Of a stretch of 64,000 bases of DNA, positions 1 through 10,646 are shown one piece after another (position 1 is the first letter of the stretch; each line of letters starts with the position of its first letter). The notes under the pieces are model-generated. The model searched no databases and was not told the DNA's origin. It saw only the letters and a program-made list of their open reading frames with translations. The position numbers and the translations under genes were made by a program. The DNA lies in the NCBI GenBank assembly GCA_002923395.1, contig BEIK01000002.1:1965-65964 (forward strand), written 5' to 3'. This DNA is from a bacterium HR34 (GTDB taxonomy: Bacteria; Patescibacteriota; Minisyncoccia; Minisyncoccales; HRBIN34).

Positions 1-652
1 TAAGTTTAACAAAGTGATAGAGTTTTTTGGCGCTGATCATCAGGCGCATAAAAAGAGAATGGAAGTAATAGCAAAAATGTTGGGTTTTAAGGGAGATTTG
101 AATATTTTAATAACGCAGTTGGTAAACTTGAAAGAAGGTAAAATGTCAAAAAGAGAAGGAAGGGTTATTTATTTGAAAGATTTAATTGATGAAGTCGGCT
201 TGGATAGCGCCAGATTTTTTTATTTACAAAAAAGTATAGATTCTCAAATGGTTTTTGATATGGAATTGGCAAAAGAAAGATCTCAAAAAAGCCCGGTTTA
301 TTATTGTCAGTACGCTTTAGTTAGATGCAAAAGTATTTTAAGGAAAAATAAAAAGAAAAATGTAAAAGTGAAAAAAATAATTTTGAAAGATCACGAAGAA
401 ATTTTATTGGCAAAAGAAGTTTTGAGGTTTCCAGAAGTTTTACATAATATCGCCAACAATTTACAAGTTCATCTTTTAATAAACTATACGATTTCGCTTG
501 CAGATAAGTTTCACAATTTTTATCATAGTTGCAATGTTTTGACAGCCGAAAAAGAGTTAAAGGAGAGCCGATTGCTTTTAGTGAAAAAAGTTGCCGAGAC
601 ATTTGAGGTAATTTTTGATATATTAGGAATATCAAAACCGTCTAAAATGTAA
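1..652 (+). CDS. argS: Arginine--tRNA ligase, C-terminal part (runs off the window start)
   Basis: FGADH, KMSKREG and YYCQYALVR motifs, plus a DALR-type anticodon-binding region (FHNFY..C.VL). Confidence 0.95.
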   Translation, partial: KFNKVIEFFGADHQAHKKRMEVIAKMLGFKGDLNILITQLVNLKEGKMSKREGRVIYLKDLIDEVGLDSARFFYLQKSIDSQMVFDMELAKERSQKSPVYYCQYALVRCKSILRKNKKKNVKVKKIILKDHEEILLAKEVLRFPEVLHNIANNLQVHLLINYTISLADKFHNFYHSCNVLTAEKELKESRLLLVKKVAETFEVIFDILGISKPSKM

Positions 653-656
653 AAAA

Positions 657-3600
657 ATGTTTACCAACGAAATAGAACTTCAAATTTTAAAATTTTGGAA
701 AGATAAGGATATTTTTAAAAAAAGTCTGCGAAAAAATAAAGGCAGGAAAAATTTTGTTTTTTATGAAGGTCCGCCAACAGCAAACGGAAAGCCCGGAATA
801 CATCATATTTTAGCGAGAAGTTTTAAGGATGTTATTTGCCGATTCAAAACAATGAAAGGTTTTTATGTTTTGAGAAGAGGCGGTTGGGATACCCATGGAT
901 TACCAGTAGAACTCGAAGTTGAAAAGAAACTTGGCTTGGAAAATAAAAGAGATATAGAAAGGTTTGGAATTAAAAAATTTAATGAGATGTGTAGGCAGTC
1001 TGTTTGGGAATATAAAACAGAGTGGGAAAAACTTACAGAGAGAATGGCTTACTGGATTGATTTGGAGAACGCTTACATAACTTATGATCCGAATTACATT
1101 GAAAGCGTTTGGTATATTTTAAGTTTTCTTTACAAAAAAGGGTATTTGCAAAAAGGTTATAAAGTTTTGCCATATTGCCCGAGATGCGGCACGCCCTTGT
1201 CTTCTCATGAGGTTGCGCTTGGTTATAAAAAGGTAAAGGATAAATCAATTTATGTGAAGTTTGAAATTAAAGATAAAGAGTTTGCTAAAAAATTAGGTTT
1301 TCAAGAAGAAAAAATTTACTTAATTATTTGGACAACCACTCCGTGGACCTTGCCGGCAAACGTGCTGGTCGCCGGAAATAAAAATATAAAATACGTTGCC
1401 GTAAAAGTTGGCAACGAAGTTTATATTTTAAGCAAAAAAGCAAAAGATAGCATTTTTCCAGATATTAGCGACGAGAAAGAGATTGATTCAAAAAATTTAT
1501 ATAACTTAGAGTACAAACCTCCTTATAATGTTTTGGAAAGTTTTAATGTTAAACCAAAAAGATCACATTATGTTGTTTTTGCTGATTATGTAAGCGATGA
1601 GGATGGTTCTGGTTTTGTGCACATAGCGCCGGCATTTGGGCAGGAAGATATGGATGTGGTTGAAAAAGAAAACAAAAAAAATAAAGTTAATTTGCCTGTT
1701 TTAATTACGCTTGAAGACGATGGTGCTTTCAAGAAAATAAAAGGGTTAGAATTTATTGAGGGAAAATTTGTAAAAGAAGCAGATCCCTTAATTGTGCAGG
1801 ATTTACAAAACAAAAAACTTTTATTGAAAGAACAGGTGATAGAGCATGAGTACCCTTTTTGTTGGAGGTGCAAAAGCCCTTTGCTGTATTTTGCTAGAGA
1901 TTCTTGGTTTGTAAAGACAACTTTAATAAAAGATAAAATAATAAAAAACAACAAAACCATAAGTTGGGTACCAACTCACTTGAAGGAAGGGAGATTTGGA
2001 GAGTGGCTAAAAGATCTTAAAGATTGGGCTATCTCAAGAGAAAGATATTGGGGTACTCCTTTACCAATATGGATATGCGAAAAATGCGGCAATCAAAAGG
2101 TTTTATCAAGTAAAAGTGATATTGAAAAACAAAAATTTACAACGAATACCTTTTATATTTTAAGGCATGGCCAGTCCCTTAGAAATGTTTATAATTTTGT
2201 TTCATGCTGGCCGGAAGTAAGAAAATCTCCTTTAACAAAAGAGGGTATAGCGCAGGCTAAAGAAGCAGGAAAAAAATTAAAAGGGAAAATTGATATTATT
2301 TTCACCTCTGATTTAGAAAGGACAATGCAAACTGCTCAAATAGTTGCTGAAGAAACAGGCTGCAAAGTTTTGCTGGCGAAAGAATTAAGAGAGGTAAATG
2401 AGGGCATATTTAACGGCAAAAAAACAATAGAAGTTTTTAGGTATTTTACCAAAAAATACGGTAAAGAATTGTCAAAAGAAGAATATTATCTAATGAGGTT
2501 TAGAGAAAAGGTACCAGGAGGTGAGAGTTTGTCAGAGTTACAAAAAAGAGTTTTAAGTTTTATAAAGCGCATAAACAAAAAATATAAAAACAAAAGAATA
2601 CTTCTTGTTTCTCATGAGTTGCCTTTAACAATTTTGGAATGTTCAATGAAGGGAATGAGTCCTATTGAAATAATTAAATTTAGAGAAAAGAAAATGATAA
2701 AAACAGCCGAAGTTAGAAAAATAGATTTTAAGATACTTCCATATAATGATAATTCTGAAATTGATTTTCACCGTCCGTATATAGATGAGGTTGAGTTTTT
2801 GTGTGATAATTGTTCTTCTTTAATGAAAAGAGTTCCTGATGTTTTGGATTGTTGGTTTGATAGCGGTTCTATGCCATTCGCTCAGTGGCACTACCCTTTT
2901 GAAAATAAAGATTTAATAGACAAAAGAAAACAGTTCCCAGCAGATTATATTTCAGAGGCGATAGATCAAACAAGAGGATGGTTTTATACTCTTTTGGCTG
3001 TGTCAACATTTTTGAAAGGCGTGGCTCCTTACAAAAATGTTGTTTCTTTGGGGCACGTTTTAGATGAGAAGGGAGAAAAAATGTCAAAATCAAAAGGTAA
3101 TGTTGTTGATCCTTGGCAAATGGCTCAAAAATATACAATTGATTCTGTTAGGTGGTATTTTTTTACAGTTAATCAGCCGGGAGAACCAAAACTTTTTTCG
3201 GAAAAAGCATTGGAGGCGGTTTACAAAAAATTTATTTTAACAACTTTTAATGTAATTAATTTTTTAAAGCTTTACTCAAACGAAAAAGTAAAAATTCAAA
3301 CTAATTTTTCTAAAAATAACAACATTCTTGATAAATGGATTTTATCGAAAATTAATTCTTTAACTTTTGAGGTTACAAAAGATTTGGAAAGTTATAAAAT
3401 AGTCGATGCTGCAAGAAAAATAGAAAATTTTGTTGTGGACGATTTATCTCAATGGTATGTTAGAAGATCTCGCGACAGATTTAGGGAAAGCGGAAGTGAC
3501 TTTAATACTGCTTTTTCTGTTTTATTTTTGGTTTTAAAGAAGTTATCTATTGTTATGGCGCCTTTCGTTCCGTTTTTAGGAGAATATGTTTATCAACAGT

Positions 3601-4223
3601 TAAAAAATATAAACGAAAAAGGTTTTAAAGAAAGTGTGCACTTGGAAAATTACTTTAAGCCGAATAGGAAACTCATAAACAAAAAACTTGAGTTGAATAT
3701 GGAGAAAATAAGAGAATTGGTAAATGTTGGTTTGAATTTAAGACAAAAAGCAAAAATAAAAGTAAGGCAACCACTTTTGGAAATTTATTTACACGAGTCA
3801 TTGAGGAAAATCGTAGACAAAGATATGCAAGAAATTCTGAAAGGAGAACTTAATGTTAAGAGGATAGTGTTTTTTAAAGATAGAAATGAGATCAAAAAAG
3901 ATAAAGTTACCGAGAGCGACGAGAATAAAGATATTCTATTGAATATTGAAATAACACCTGAGCTTCAAAATGAAGGCGAGATTAGGGAGTTTGTTAGGAA
4001 TATTCAGAATATAAGAAAGAAAATGGCTTTGATTCCAAAGGACTTAATAATAATTGAAGTTTCTGGAGACGAAAAGAGCAAAGAGTTTATAGAAATGAAC
4101 AAAGAGGTTTTGAAGGAAGTTTTGAAGGCAAAGGATTTAGTGTTTTATGACAATTTAACAGGAAAATATGATACAATATCAATTGGAGATAAAAAGTTTA
4201 ATATTAAAATTAAATTAGTATAA
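657..4223 (+). CDS. ileS: Isoleucine--tRNA ligase type 2 with an inserted histidine-phosphatase domain
   Basis: FYEGPPTANGKPGIHH, GWDTHGLPVE, WTTTPWTLP, DWAISRERYWGTP, DQTRGWF and KMSKS motifs; LRHGQS...VSHE insert at about aa 499-690. Confidence 0.97.
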   Translation: MFTNEIELQILKFWKDKDIFKKSLRKNKGRKNFVFYEGPPTANGKPGIHHILARSFKDVICRFKTMKGFYVLRRGGWDTHGLPVELEVEKKLGLENKRDIERFGIKKFNEMCRQSVWEYKTEWEKLTERMAYWIDLENAYITYDPNYIESVWYILSFLYKKGYLQKGYKVLPYCPRCGTPLSSHEVALGYKKVKDKSIYVKFEIKDKEFAKKLGFQEEKIYLIIWTTTPWTLPANVLVAGNKNIKYVAVKVGNEVYILSKKAKDSIFPDISDEKEIDSKNLYNLEYKPPYNVLESFNVKPKRSHYVVFADYVSDEDGSGFVHIAPAFGQEDMDVVEKENKKNKVNLPVLITLEDDGAFKKIKGLEFIEGKFVKEADPLIVQDLQNKKLLLKEQVIEHEYPFCWRCKSPLLYFARDSWFVKTTLIKDKIIKNNKTISWVPTHLKEGRFGEWLKDLKDWAISRERYWGTPLPIWICEKCGNQKVLSSKSDIEKQKFTTNTFYILRHGQSLRNVYNFVSCWPEVRKSPLTKEGIAQAKEAGKKLKGKIDIIFTSDLERTMQTAQIVAEETGCKVLLAKELREVNEGIFNGKKTIEVFRYFTKKYGKELSKEEYYLMRFREKVPGGESLSELQKRVLSFIKRINKKYKNKRILLVSHELPLTILECSMKGMSPIEIIKFREKKMIKTAEVRKIDFKILPYNDNSEIDFHRPYIDEVEFLCDNCSSLMKRVPDVLDCWFDSGSMPFAQWHYPFENKDLIDKRKQFPADYISEAIDQTRGWFYTLLAVSTFLKGVAPYKNVVSLGHVLDEKGEKMSKSKGNVVDPWQMAQKYTIDSVRWYFFTVNQPGEPKLFSEKALEAVYKKFILTTFNVINFLKLYSNEKVKIQTNFSKNNNILDKWILSKINSLTFEVTKDLESYKIVDAARKIENFVVDDLSQWYVRRSRDRFRESGSDFNTAFSVLFLVLKKLSIVMAPFVPFLGEYVYQQLKNINEKGFKESVHLENYFKPNRKLINKKLELNMEKIRELVNVGLNLRQKAKIKVRQPLLEIYLHESLRKIVDKDMQEILKGELNVKRIVFFKDRNEIKKDKVTESDENKDILLNIEITPELQNEGEIREFVRNIQNIRKKMALIPKDLIIIEVSGDEKSKEFIEMNKEVLKEVLKAKDLVFYDNLTGKYDTISIGDKKFNIKIKLV

Positions 4224-4226
4224 AAT

Positions 4227-4493
4227 ATGCCATTACAAAATTGGTCAACACCTTTAAAATTATATCATTTGAAAAAAATTATAGAAGAGGCAAAAAGCAA
4301 ATTTGTTATATCGTATGGAGATAAAAAAAAGTTTATTAACTTTATAGAAGATAAAATAAAAAGTAAGGGTAAAAATTATTTGAGTGAAGATATTGTAAAA
4401 GATTTGAGGGATGATATAAGAGATTGGGAGGAGAATAAAAAAACATATAATAAATATTTAAAATTTTTTGATGAGTTGTTAAGTAAGTTGTAG
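4227..4493 (+). CDS. Hypothetical protein (88 aa)
   Basis: ORF exactly fills the gap between ileS and recO; no motif recognised. Confidence 0.6.
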   Translation: MPLQNWSTPLKLYHLKKIIEEAKSKFVISYGDKKKFINFIEDKIKSKGKNYLSEDIVKDLRDDIRDWEENKKTYNKYLKFFDELLSKL

Positions 4494-5203
4494 TGGTTAT
4501 GTATTTCACTTATAAAACAAAAGCTTTTATATTGCATCAAGAAGATTCTGGAGAAGCAGATAGAATTTTAAGTTTGTATACAAAAGATTATGGTTTAATT
4601 GAAGTTGTTGCTAAAGGAGAGAGAAAATTAACATCGAAATTAAGAGCGTTTTTGCAGCCTTTTTCTTTGTGTGATGTTGAATTTGTGCAAGGAAAAAACG
4701 CAAAAACTGTAATTGACTCTCAGGTTATAGAAGATTTTTATTTTGTGAAAAAAAATTTGCAAAAACTTGTTTGCGCCACAAATATATCGAATATTATATT
4801 AAAAACAATAACAGATTCACAAAAAGATGATAATGTTTGGTCTTTGATTTTGATTGCTTTTAGTTTATTAGATAAAATAAACAGCGAAACCGATATAAAA
4901 ATTCTTTATTATTTTTTCGTTATTAAATTTTTGTCTTTAACAGGTTATCACATAGATATTTTTAAGTGTTCTGTTTGCGGAGGAAAATTATCAAAAGAAT
5001 GTTATCTTTCTTTTTTTGACAAAAATGTTGTTTGCTTTAATTGTAGAAAGTCGTCAAAAGATAATGTTAAAATAGATTTTGAAACAATGATAGTGTTAAA
5101 ATATATTTTAAGATCTCAAATTCAAGCGCTTTTAGGATTGCCCTTAAATGAAAATCATTTTAAAAAATTAGATTTAATATCAAAGCAATACATTGAAATA
5201 TGA
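4493..5203 (+). CDS. recO: DNA repair protein RecO
   Basis: GEADRILSLYTKDYG...AKG.RK N-terminal OB fold and a CxxC...CxxC zinc finger. Confidence 0.93.
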   Translation: MVMYFTYKTKAFILHQEDSGEADRILSLYTKDYGLIEVVAKGERKLTSKLRAFLQPFSLCDVEFVQGKNAKTVIDSQVIEDFYFVKKNLQKLVCATNISNIILKTITDSQKDDNVWSLILIAFSLLDKINSETDIKILYYFFVIKFLSLTGYHIDIFKCSVCGGKLSKECYLSFFDKNVVCFNCRKSSKDNVKIDFETMIVLKYILRSQIQALLGLPLNENHFKKLDLISKQYIEI

Positions 5204-6852
5204 AACTTAAAAAACTTATTTTAAAAATTTTTATAATTGGTATAGTTGGGGTAATTGGTTTTGCTTTTTATATTTTACAAACCCAAACATTTTCAAAAGA
5301 TGAAGTTTTTCTTGAAATTTTAGCGCCAGAAAAAGTTGAGGCAGGAGACCAGATAAATTTTATAGTCAAAATTGAAAACAAAGGAACTACAAGGTTGGAT
5401 GATGCTTTTTTAACATTTTTATATCCTGAAAATTCTATAGTTGAGGGCAATGAATTTCTTAGAGAAACAATTAATTTGGATAGTTTATACCCTGGAGAAG
5501 AAAAATCTTTTAAGTTTGCAGCAAGGATATTCGGTAAGGAAAATGATTTTAAAGAAGCAAAAGCCATATTAAGATACAAGCCCAAAAATTTAAACTCAGA
5601 ATTCGAGTCGTCTACATCACACTTGTTGCAAATAGAAAGAGTGCCTATAAATCTGAGTATAAATATGCCATCTGTCATAGAGCCTCCTGCAAAAATTAAA
5701 TTAAATATAGATTATTTATCTAACATAGACCTTCCATTAGAAGATGTAACAATATTTTTGGAGTATCCTTCTGGTTTTGAATTTTTATCTTCTGAGCCTT
5801 CTTCAATAGAAATAAATCAATGGGACATACCAAAATTGGAAGACAGTGAAGGGGATAGAATTATTGTTGAAGGAAATATCTCAGGAGATATAGGCGAGGA
5901 GAAGGAATTTAAAGCAAAAATTGGAATTTGGAGAAATGGCCAGTTTGTTGTTTTAAAAGAGGCAGTTAAAAAAATAGTTTTAGAAAAGGTTGATTTAATT
6001 ATTTCTCAAACAGTTAACGGCCAAGAAAATTATATTGCTGAGCCAGGAGAACTTTTACACTATGTTATAAAATTTAAAAATATAGGAGAGAAAGATTTGT
6101 CTAATCTGTTTATGGTCGTTAATTTAGATACCCAAACACTTGATTTATCCACTCTTAAAGTTATAAACGGAAAATACAACAGCAAAGACAACTTTATTCT
6201 TTACGATAATTCCAGTTCTCCTTTGTTTTCTCTTTTGAAATCAGGGGAGGAAGGTGATGTTGAATTTTTTGTTAATGTAAAAGATATAAGTGATTTGAAA
6301 CCCGCTAATGATGTTACAATTTCAAATTCTGTTTTCATTTCAAAAACTAGAGAAGAACTTCATACAAAAATAAGATCAAAACCTATATTTACTGCTAACT
6401 TTGCATATGAAGATGAGGTTTTCGGTAACACGGGCCCAAATCCTCCACAAGTTCAAAAAGACACTACCTATACTCTTACTTGGAATATTAAAAACAAAAT
6501 AAACTCATTAAAAGATGTTAGAATAACAGCAACTTTACCAGAAATTGTTTCTGTAAATACAGATAAAGTTTTCCCAGAAGAGGAAAAGCAAAATTTTGTT
6601 TTAGATGAGAAAGAGAGAAAAATATCTTTTACAATAGAAGAAATATCTCCTAATGAAGAAAAATCTATTGCTTTTCAAGTAAAGGTTTTGCCGCAAAAAG
6701 AAGAAGACCTTTCTAACTTAACAATTTTGAAAGATATAAGATTGTCAGCTTTTGACGAATGGATACAAGATAACATAGAATACAAATTTGAAGATTTAAC
6801 AATACCAATACAAAACAACAACAGCGGAGGTCAAAATAACAATAATAATTAA
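5200..6852 (+). CDS. Membrane-anchored beta-rich (DUF11/Ig-like) exported protein
   Basis: N-terminal TM helix, repeated 'Y.I.FKN.G' beta-sandwich motifs, GP.PP.V...TTYT motif. Confidence 0.65.
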   Translation: MKLKKLILKIFIIGIVGVIGFAFYILQTQTFSKDEVFLEILAPEKVEAGDQINFIVKIENKGTTRLDDAFLTFLYPENSIVEGNEFLRETINLDSLYPGEEKSFKFAARIFGKENDFKEAKAILRYKPKNLNSEFESSTSHLLQIERVPINLSINMPSVIEPPAKIKLNIDYLSNIDLPLEDVTIFLEYPSGFEFLSSEPSSIEINQWDIPKLEDSEGDRIIVEGNISGDIGEEKEFKAKIGIWRNGQFVVLKEAVKKIVLEKVDLIISQTVNGQENYIAEPGELLHYVIKFKNIGEKDLSNLFMVVNLDTQTLDLSTLKVINGKYNSKDNFILYDNSSSPLFSLLKSGEEGDVEFFVNVKDISDLKPANDVTISNSVFISKTREELHTKIRSKPIFTANFAYEDEVFGNTGPNPPQVQKDTTYTLTWNIKNKINSLKDVRITATLPEIVSVNTDKVFPEEEKQNFVLDEKERKISFTIEEISPNEEKSIAFQVKVLPQKEEDLSNLTILKDIRLSAFDEWIQDNIEYKFEDLTIPIQNNNSGGQNNNNN

Positions 6853-6855
6853 AAA

Positions 6856-8238
6856 ATGATAAGCAACAATCAACAAAAAAATCTTTCAGAAATAATATCT
6901 CTTTGCAAGAGAAGGGGTTTTATTTTTCAATCCTGTGAAATATATGGAGGTTTGTCTGGTTTTTGGGATCTCGGGCCTCTTGGTTCTTTAATGAAAAATA
7001 ATTTAAGAAAATTATGGCTTAAAAAATTTACAAGACAAACAGATAATGTTTTTTTAATTGAGGGAACTATTATAATGCACAAAAGAGTTTGGGAGGCGTC
7101 AGGTCATATCGAGAACTTTACAGATCCTTTAATGGAATGTAAAAAGTGTAATACAAGATTTAGAGCGGATCATTTAATGAATGGTAAATTTGTAGGGCAG
7201 GGTAAAGCAAAAGAGAAAGGGCAATGTGTTAATTGTGGTTCAAAAGAATTTACAGAGCCCCGTATGTTTAATTTGATGTTTAAAACATTTGTTGGTCCTG
7301 TTGAAAACGACGCTTCAATTGCTTATTTAAGACCAGAAACAGCACAATCAATGTTTACCAACTTTCAAAATGTTGTTAATTCAATGAGGGCAAAACTTCC
7401 TTTTGGTATAGCGCAGGCAGGGAAATGTTTTAGGAATGAAATAACAACAGGTGATTTTATTTTTCGTTCAAGAGAGTTTGAAATAGCAGAAATTGAGTTT
7501 TTTGTAAAACCAGGAGAAGATGAAAAGTGGTTTGATTTTTGGCTTGAAAAATGGGAGAAGTTCTTTTTAGAGATAGGCATTAAAAAAGAAAATCTAAGAA
7601 GATACGAACATCCAAAAGAAAGTTTGGCGCACTATTCAAAGAGAACAGTTGATTTAGAGTATAATTTTCCTTTTGGATGGTCAGAGTTGGCAGGTGTTGC
7701 CAACAGAACTGATTATGATTTAAGAAGACACAACGCATTTTCAGGAAAAGATTTAATGTATTTTGACGAAAAAGAAAACAGAAAGTATTTTCCTTATGTT
7801 ATTGAGCCAACAATGGGTTTAGAGAGGGTTTTAATGACTTTAATAATTGATGCTTTTGAGGAAATTGAAGGCGGAAGAACAAAAACAACTCAGCCAACAA
7901 AAGAAAAAGAGTATTTATTAAAACTTAATAAAAATATAGCGCCAATAAAAGTTGCCATACTACCGCTTGTTAAAAACAATGAGGAAATTGTTAAAAAGAG
8001 CAGGGATGTGTTTGATATGCTAAAGTGTGATTTTTATTGCCAGTATGATGATGCAGGTTCAATTGGGAGAAGATACAGAAGGCAAGATGAGATAGGCACG
8101 CCATACTGCATCACAATAGATTTTGATACTCTAAAAGATGATACAGTTACAGTAAGAGACAGAGACACCATGGAGCAGGAGAGAATAAAAATAAAAGAAC
8201 TTCCTGATTTTTTCAAAGAGCAATTTGAAGACATTTAA
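6856..8238 (+). CDS. glyQS: Glycine--tRNA ligase, homodimeric alpha2 type
   Basis: LCKRRGF, YLRPETAQ, FRNEIT, FRSREFE and IGRRYRRQDEIGTP motifs. Confidence 0.97.
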   Translation: MISNNQQKNLSEIISLCKRRGFIFQSCEIYGGLSGFWDLGPLGSLMKNNLRKLWLKKFTRQTDNVFLIEGTIIMHKRVWEASGHIENFTDPLMECKKCNTRFRADHLMNGKFVGQGKAKEKGQCVNCGSKEFTEPRMFNLMFKTFVGPVENDASIAYLRPETAQSMFTNFQNVVNSMRAKLPFGIAQAGKCFRNEITTGDFIFRSREFEIAEIEFFVKPGEDEKWFDFWLEKWEKFFLEIGIKKENLRRYEHPKESLAHYSKRTVDLEYNFPFGWSELAGVANRTDYDLRRHNAFSGKDLMYFDEKENRKYFPYVIEPTMGLERVLMTLIIDAFEEIEGGRTKTTQPTKEKEYLLKLNKNIAPIKVAILPLVKNNEEIVKKSRDVFDMLKCDFYCQYDDAGSIGRRYRRQDEIGTPYCITIDFDTLKDDTVTVRDRDTMEQERIKIKELPDFFKEQFEDI

Positions 8239-8246
8239 TAAAAATT

Positions 8247-9524
8247 ATGAACTCAATTCAAATAAAAAAATTTCAAAATGGTTTAACTCTTTTGTTAGTT
8301 CCTAAGAAAAACACATTATCTGCAACTGTTTCTGTTTTTGTAAAAACAGGCTCTGAATATGAGACAAAAGAATCGAACGGAATATCGCATTTTTTAGAAC
8401 ATATGCTTTTCAAAGGCACAAAAAAGAGAAGAACACCTCTTGATATTTTTACTTTCACAGATTCTATTGGCGCTAATTTTAACGCCGCAACATCAAACCA
8501 ATATACATTTTATTATATTAAAACTCCTTACCATAACATAGAGCAGGCTTTTGATATAGTTTCAGATATTTATTTAAATTCCATTTTCCCCACTCAAGAA
8601 GTTGAAAAAGAGAGAAGTGTAATTATTGAAGAAATAAACACTTATTCTGACAACCCAATGATGAACATGCCCAACCTTTTTATAAATTGTTTGTATGGCG
8701 ATCAGCCGGCTGGTTGGGATATTGCCGGCACAAAACAAACAGTATCAAATATAAAAAGAGAAGATATTATAAGTTATATGGAAAGTCAGTATAAAGCAAG
8801 GAATACAATAGTTGTTGTGGCTGGTAATGTTAATTCTCAAGAAGTTTTAAGGTTAGTAGAAAAATATTTTAAAAACATAAGAATAGGCGAGTCAAAAGAA
8901 AAAAACAAAGTCATTATAAAATATGATGGCCCAAAAGTTTTAATTAAAGAGAGCAACACAGACCAGGTTCATTTGGCTTTGGGAGGCAATGGTTTTAGTA
9001 TGAAAGACAAAGAAAGATTTGCGCAAGATATTATAACAAGTATTTTAGGAGGTATGAGTAGCGCAAGATTGTTTTTGAAAATCAGGGAAGAAATGGGCGC
9101 TGCTTATTATATTTGGTCTGATTCTGATTTCTTTTTAGATCATGGATACATTTTTACCCAAACAGGAGTTAACATAGATAAAACAAAACAAGTTATAAAA
9201 GAAATAGTAAATCAATATAAACTTTTAACATTAGAACCAATTCCAAGCAAAGAATTAAAAAAAGTTAAGGGTTATTTGGAAGGGAAAATGACTCTATCTT
9301 TGGAAGATTCTGAGGCTTTAGCAAATTTTTATGGAGTGCAGTATTGTCTTAAAGATAGTGTTTTTAGACCAAAAGAATTGGTAGAAATTATTAATAAAAT
9401 TACTCCGCGTGATATAATAATAACATCAAGAAAATTATTTAATACTAAAAATTTATATCTTGCTATAACTGGCCCTTTTGAAAAAGAAGAGGAAAAAGAA
9501 TTTATTAACCTTTTAAAAATATGA
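8247..9524 (+). CDS. M16 family (pitrilysin-like) zinc peptidase
   Basis: Inverted zincin motif HFLEH and SARLF..IRE..G..Y motif. Confidence 0.93.
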   Translation: MNSIQIKKFQNGLTLLLVPKKNTLSATVSVFVKTGSEYETKESNGISHFLEHMLFKGTKKRRTPLDIFTFTDSIGANFNAATSNQYTFYYIKTPYHNIEQAFDIVSDIYLNSIFPTQEVEKERSVIIEEINTYSDNPMMNMPNLFINCLYGDQPAGWDIAGTKQTVSNIKREDIISYMESQYKARNTIVVVAGNVNSQEVLRLVEKYFKNIRIGESKEKNKVIIKYDGPKVLIKESNTDQVHLALGGNGFSMKDKERFAQDIITSILGGMSSARLFLKIREEMGAAYYIWSDSDFFLDHGYIFTQTGVNIDKTKQVIKEIVNQYKLLTLEPIPSKELKKVKGYLEGKMTLSLEDSEALANFYGVQYCLKDSVFRPKELVEIINKITPRDIIITSRKLFNTKNLYLAITGPFEKEEEKEFINLLKI

Positions 9525-10582
9525 ACAATTCTTCAGATAAAATATTTGACATATCTTGGGGAGCAATAATAAAGGTTTTTATAGTTATTACTGCTTTTTA
9601 TACAATTTTTTTAATAAAAGATTTGCTAATTTGGTTTGTTTTCGGCGTGGTTTTGTCTATTGTTTTTAATCCTTTAATTGATTCTCTGGAAAAGTTTAAG
9701 ATACCAAGAGTTGTTGGTGTTGTTGTTAGTTATTTTAGCGTTTTTGGTTTAATTGGCGCTTTGATTTATTTTACAATTCCAATTTTTATTTCAGAGTTGC
9801 AAAAACTTATTGCTAGTTTGCCAAATTATTTGGGCGAAATTTCTTTAATTTTACAGCCTTTTGGTATAGAAATATCAACAACTACAAACGAGTTTTTTAA
9901 CCAAGTGAAATCGTTTTTACAAGAAAGGTCTTCTGGTATATTGTCTTCTATAATGTCTTTGTTTGGAGGTTTATCTTCAACTCTTTTTGTTTTTACAATA
10001 GCAATGTTTCTTTCAATGGAACGCAATCCAATTCAAAAAGCTTTATATTTAATTTTTCCAAAAAAATACGAAAATTCAGTGGCGGTAATTTGGCAAAAAT
10101 GTAAATCAAAAGTTACAAATTGGTTTGTTGTAAGGATAATTGGAATGGTTTTTGTAGGCGCTGTTTCTTATGTTAGTTTTAGTTTGCTTGGCATAAAGTA
10201 TCCTTTAACACTTTCTTTAATATCTGGAGTTTTAGATTTTATACCGGTAATAGGACCTCTGATAGCATTTGTTATAGTTTTCTTTATGACATTGGCAGAT
10301 AATTTATTTAACGCCTTTTTAGTTGCCCTTATATTTGTTTTGGTTCAGATAATAGAAAACAATGTTTTAATTCCTATGCTCTCTGACAGATTTGTTGGTA
10401 TACCTTCTGTTTTGGTTTTAATTTCCTTGGCAATTGGCGCTAAACTTTTTGGTATGGTCGGAGCAATATTATTTGTGCCCCTCTCTGCTATTATTTATGA
10501 ATTTGCCAAAGAATTTTTAGAGCAAAGAAAAATTTTAGAAGGTGAATCAGAACAGCAAGAGTTAACCTTACCCCTAAAATAG
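9521..10582 (+). CDS. AI-2E family transporter
   Basis: Multi-TM protein with FIP.IGP, Q.IENN...P and G..GA...VP motifs. Confidence 0.9.
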   Translation: MNNSSDKIFDISWGAIIKVFIVITAFYTIFLIKDLLIWFVFGVVLSIVFNPLIDSLEKFKIPRVVGVVVSYFSVFGLIGALIYFTIPIFISELQKLIASLPNYLGEISLILQPFGIEISTTTNEFFNQVKSFLQERSSGILSSIMSLFGGLSSTLFVFTIAMFLSMERNPIQKALYLIFPKKYENSVAVIWQKCKSKVTNWFVVRIIGMVFVGAVSYVSFSLLGIKYPLTLSLISGVLDFIPVIGPLIAFVIVFFMTLADNLFNAFLVALIFVLVQIIENNVLIPMLSDRFVGIPSVLVLISLAIGAKLFGMVGAILFVPLSAIIYEFAKEFLEQRKILEGESEQQELTLPLK

Positions 10583-10595
10583 TTTTTTGTAATTT

Positions 10596-10623
10596 TTGAC
10601 TATATATTTATCTTCGGTATAAT
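10596..10623 (+). promoter_or_regulatory. Sigma70-type promoter of the redox operon
   Basis: TTGACT-N16-TATAAT. Confidence 0.7.
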
Positions 10624-10646
10624 TAAAAAATTATATAAATAAAAAA

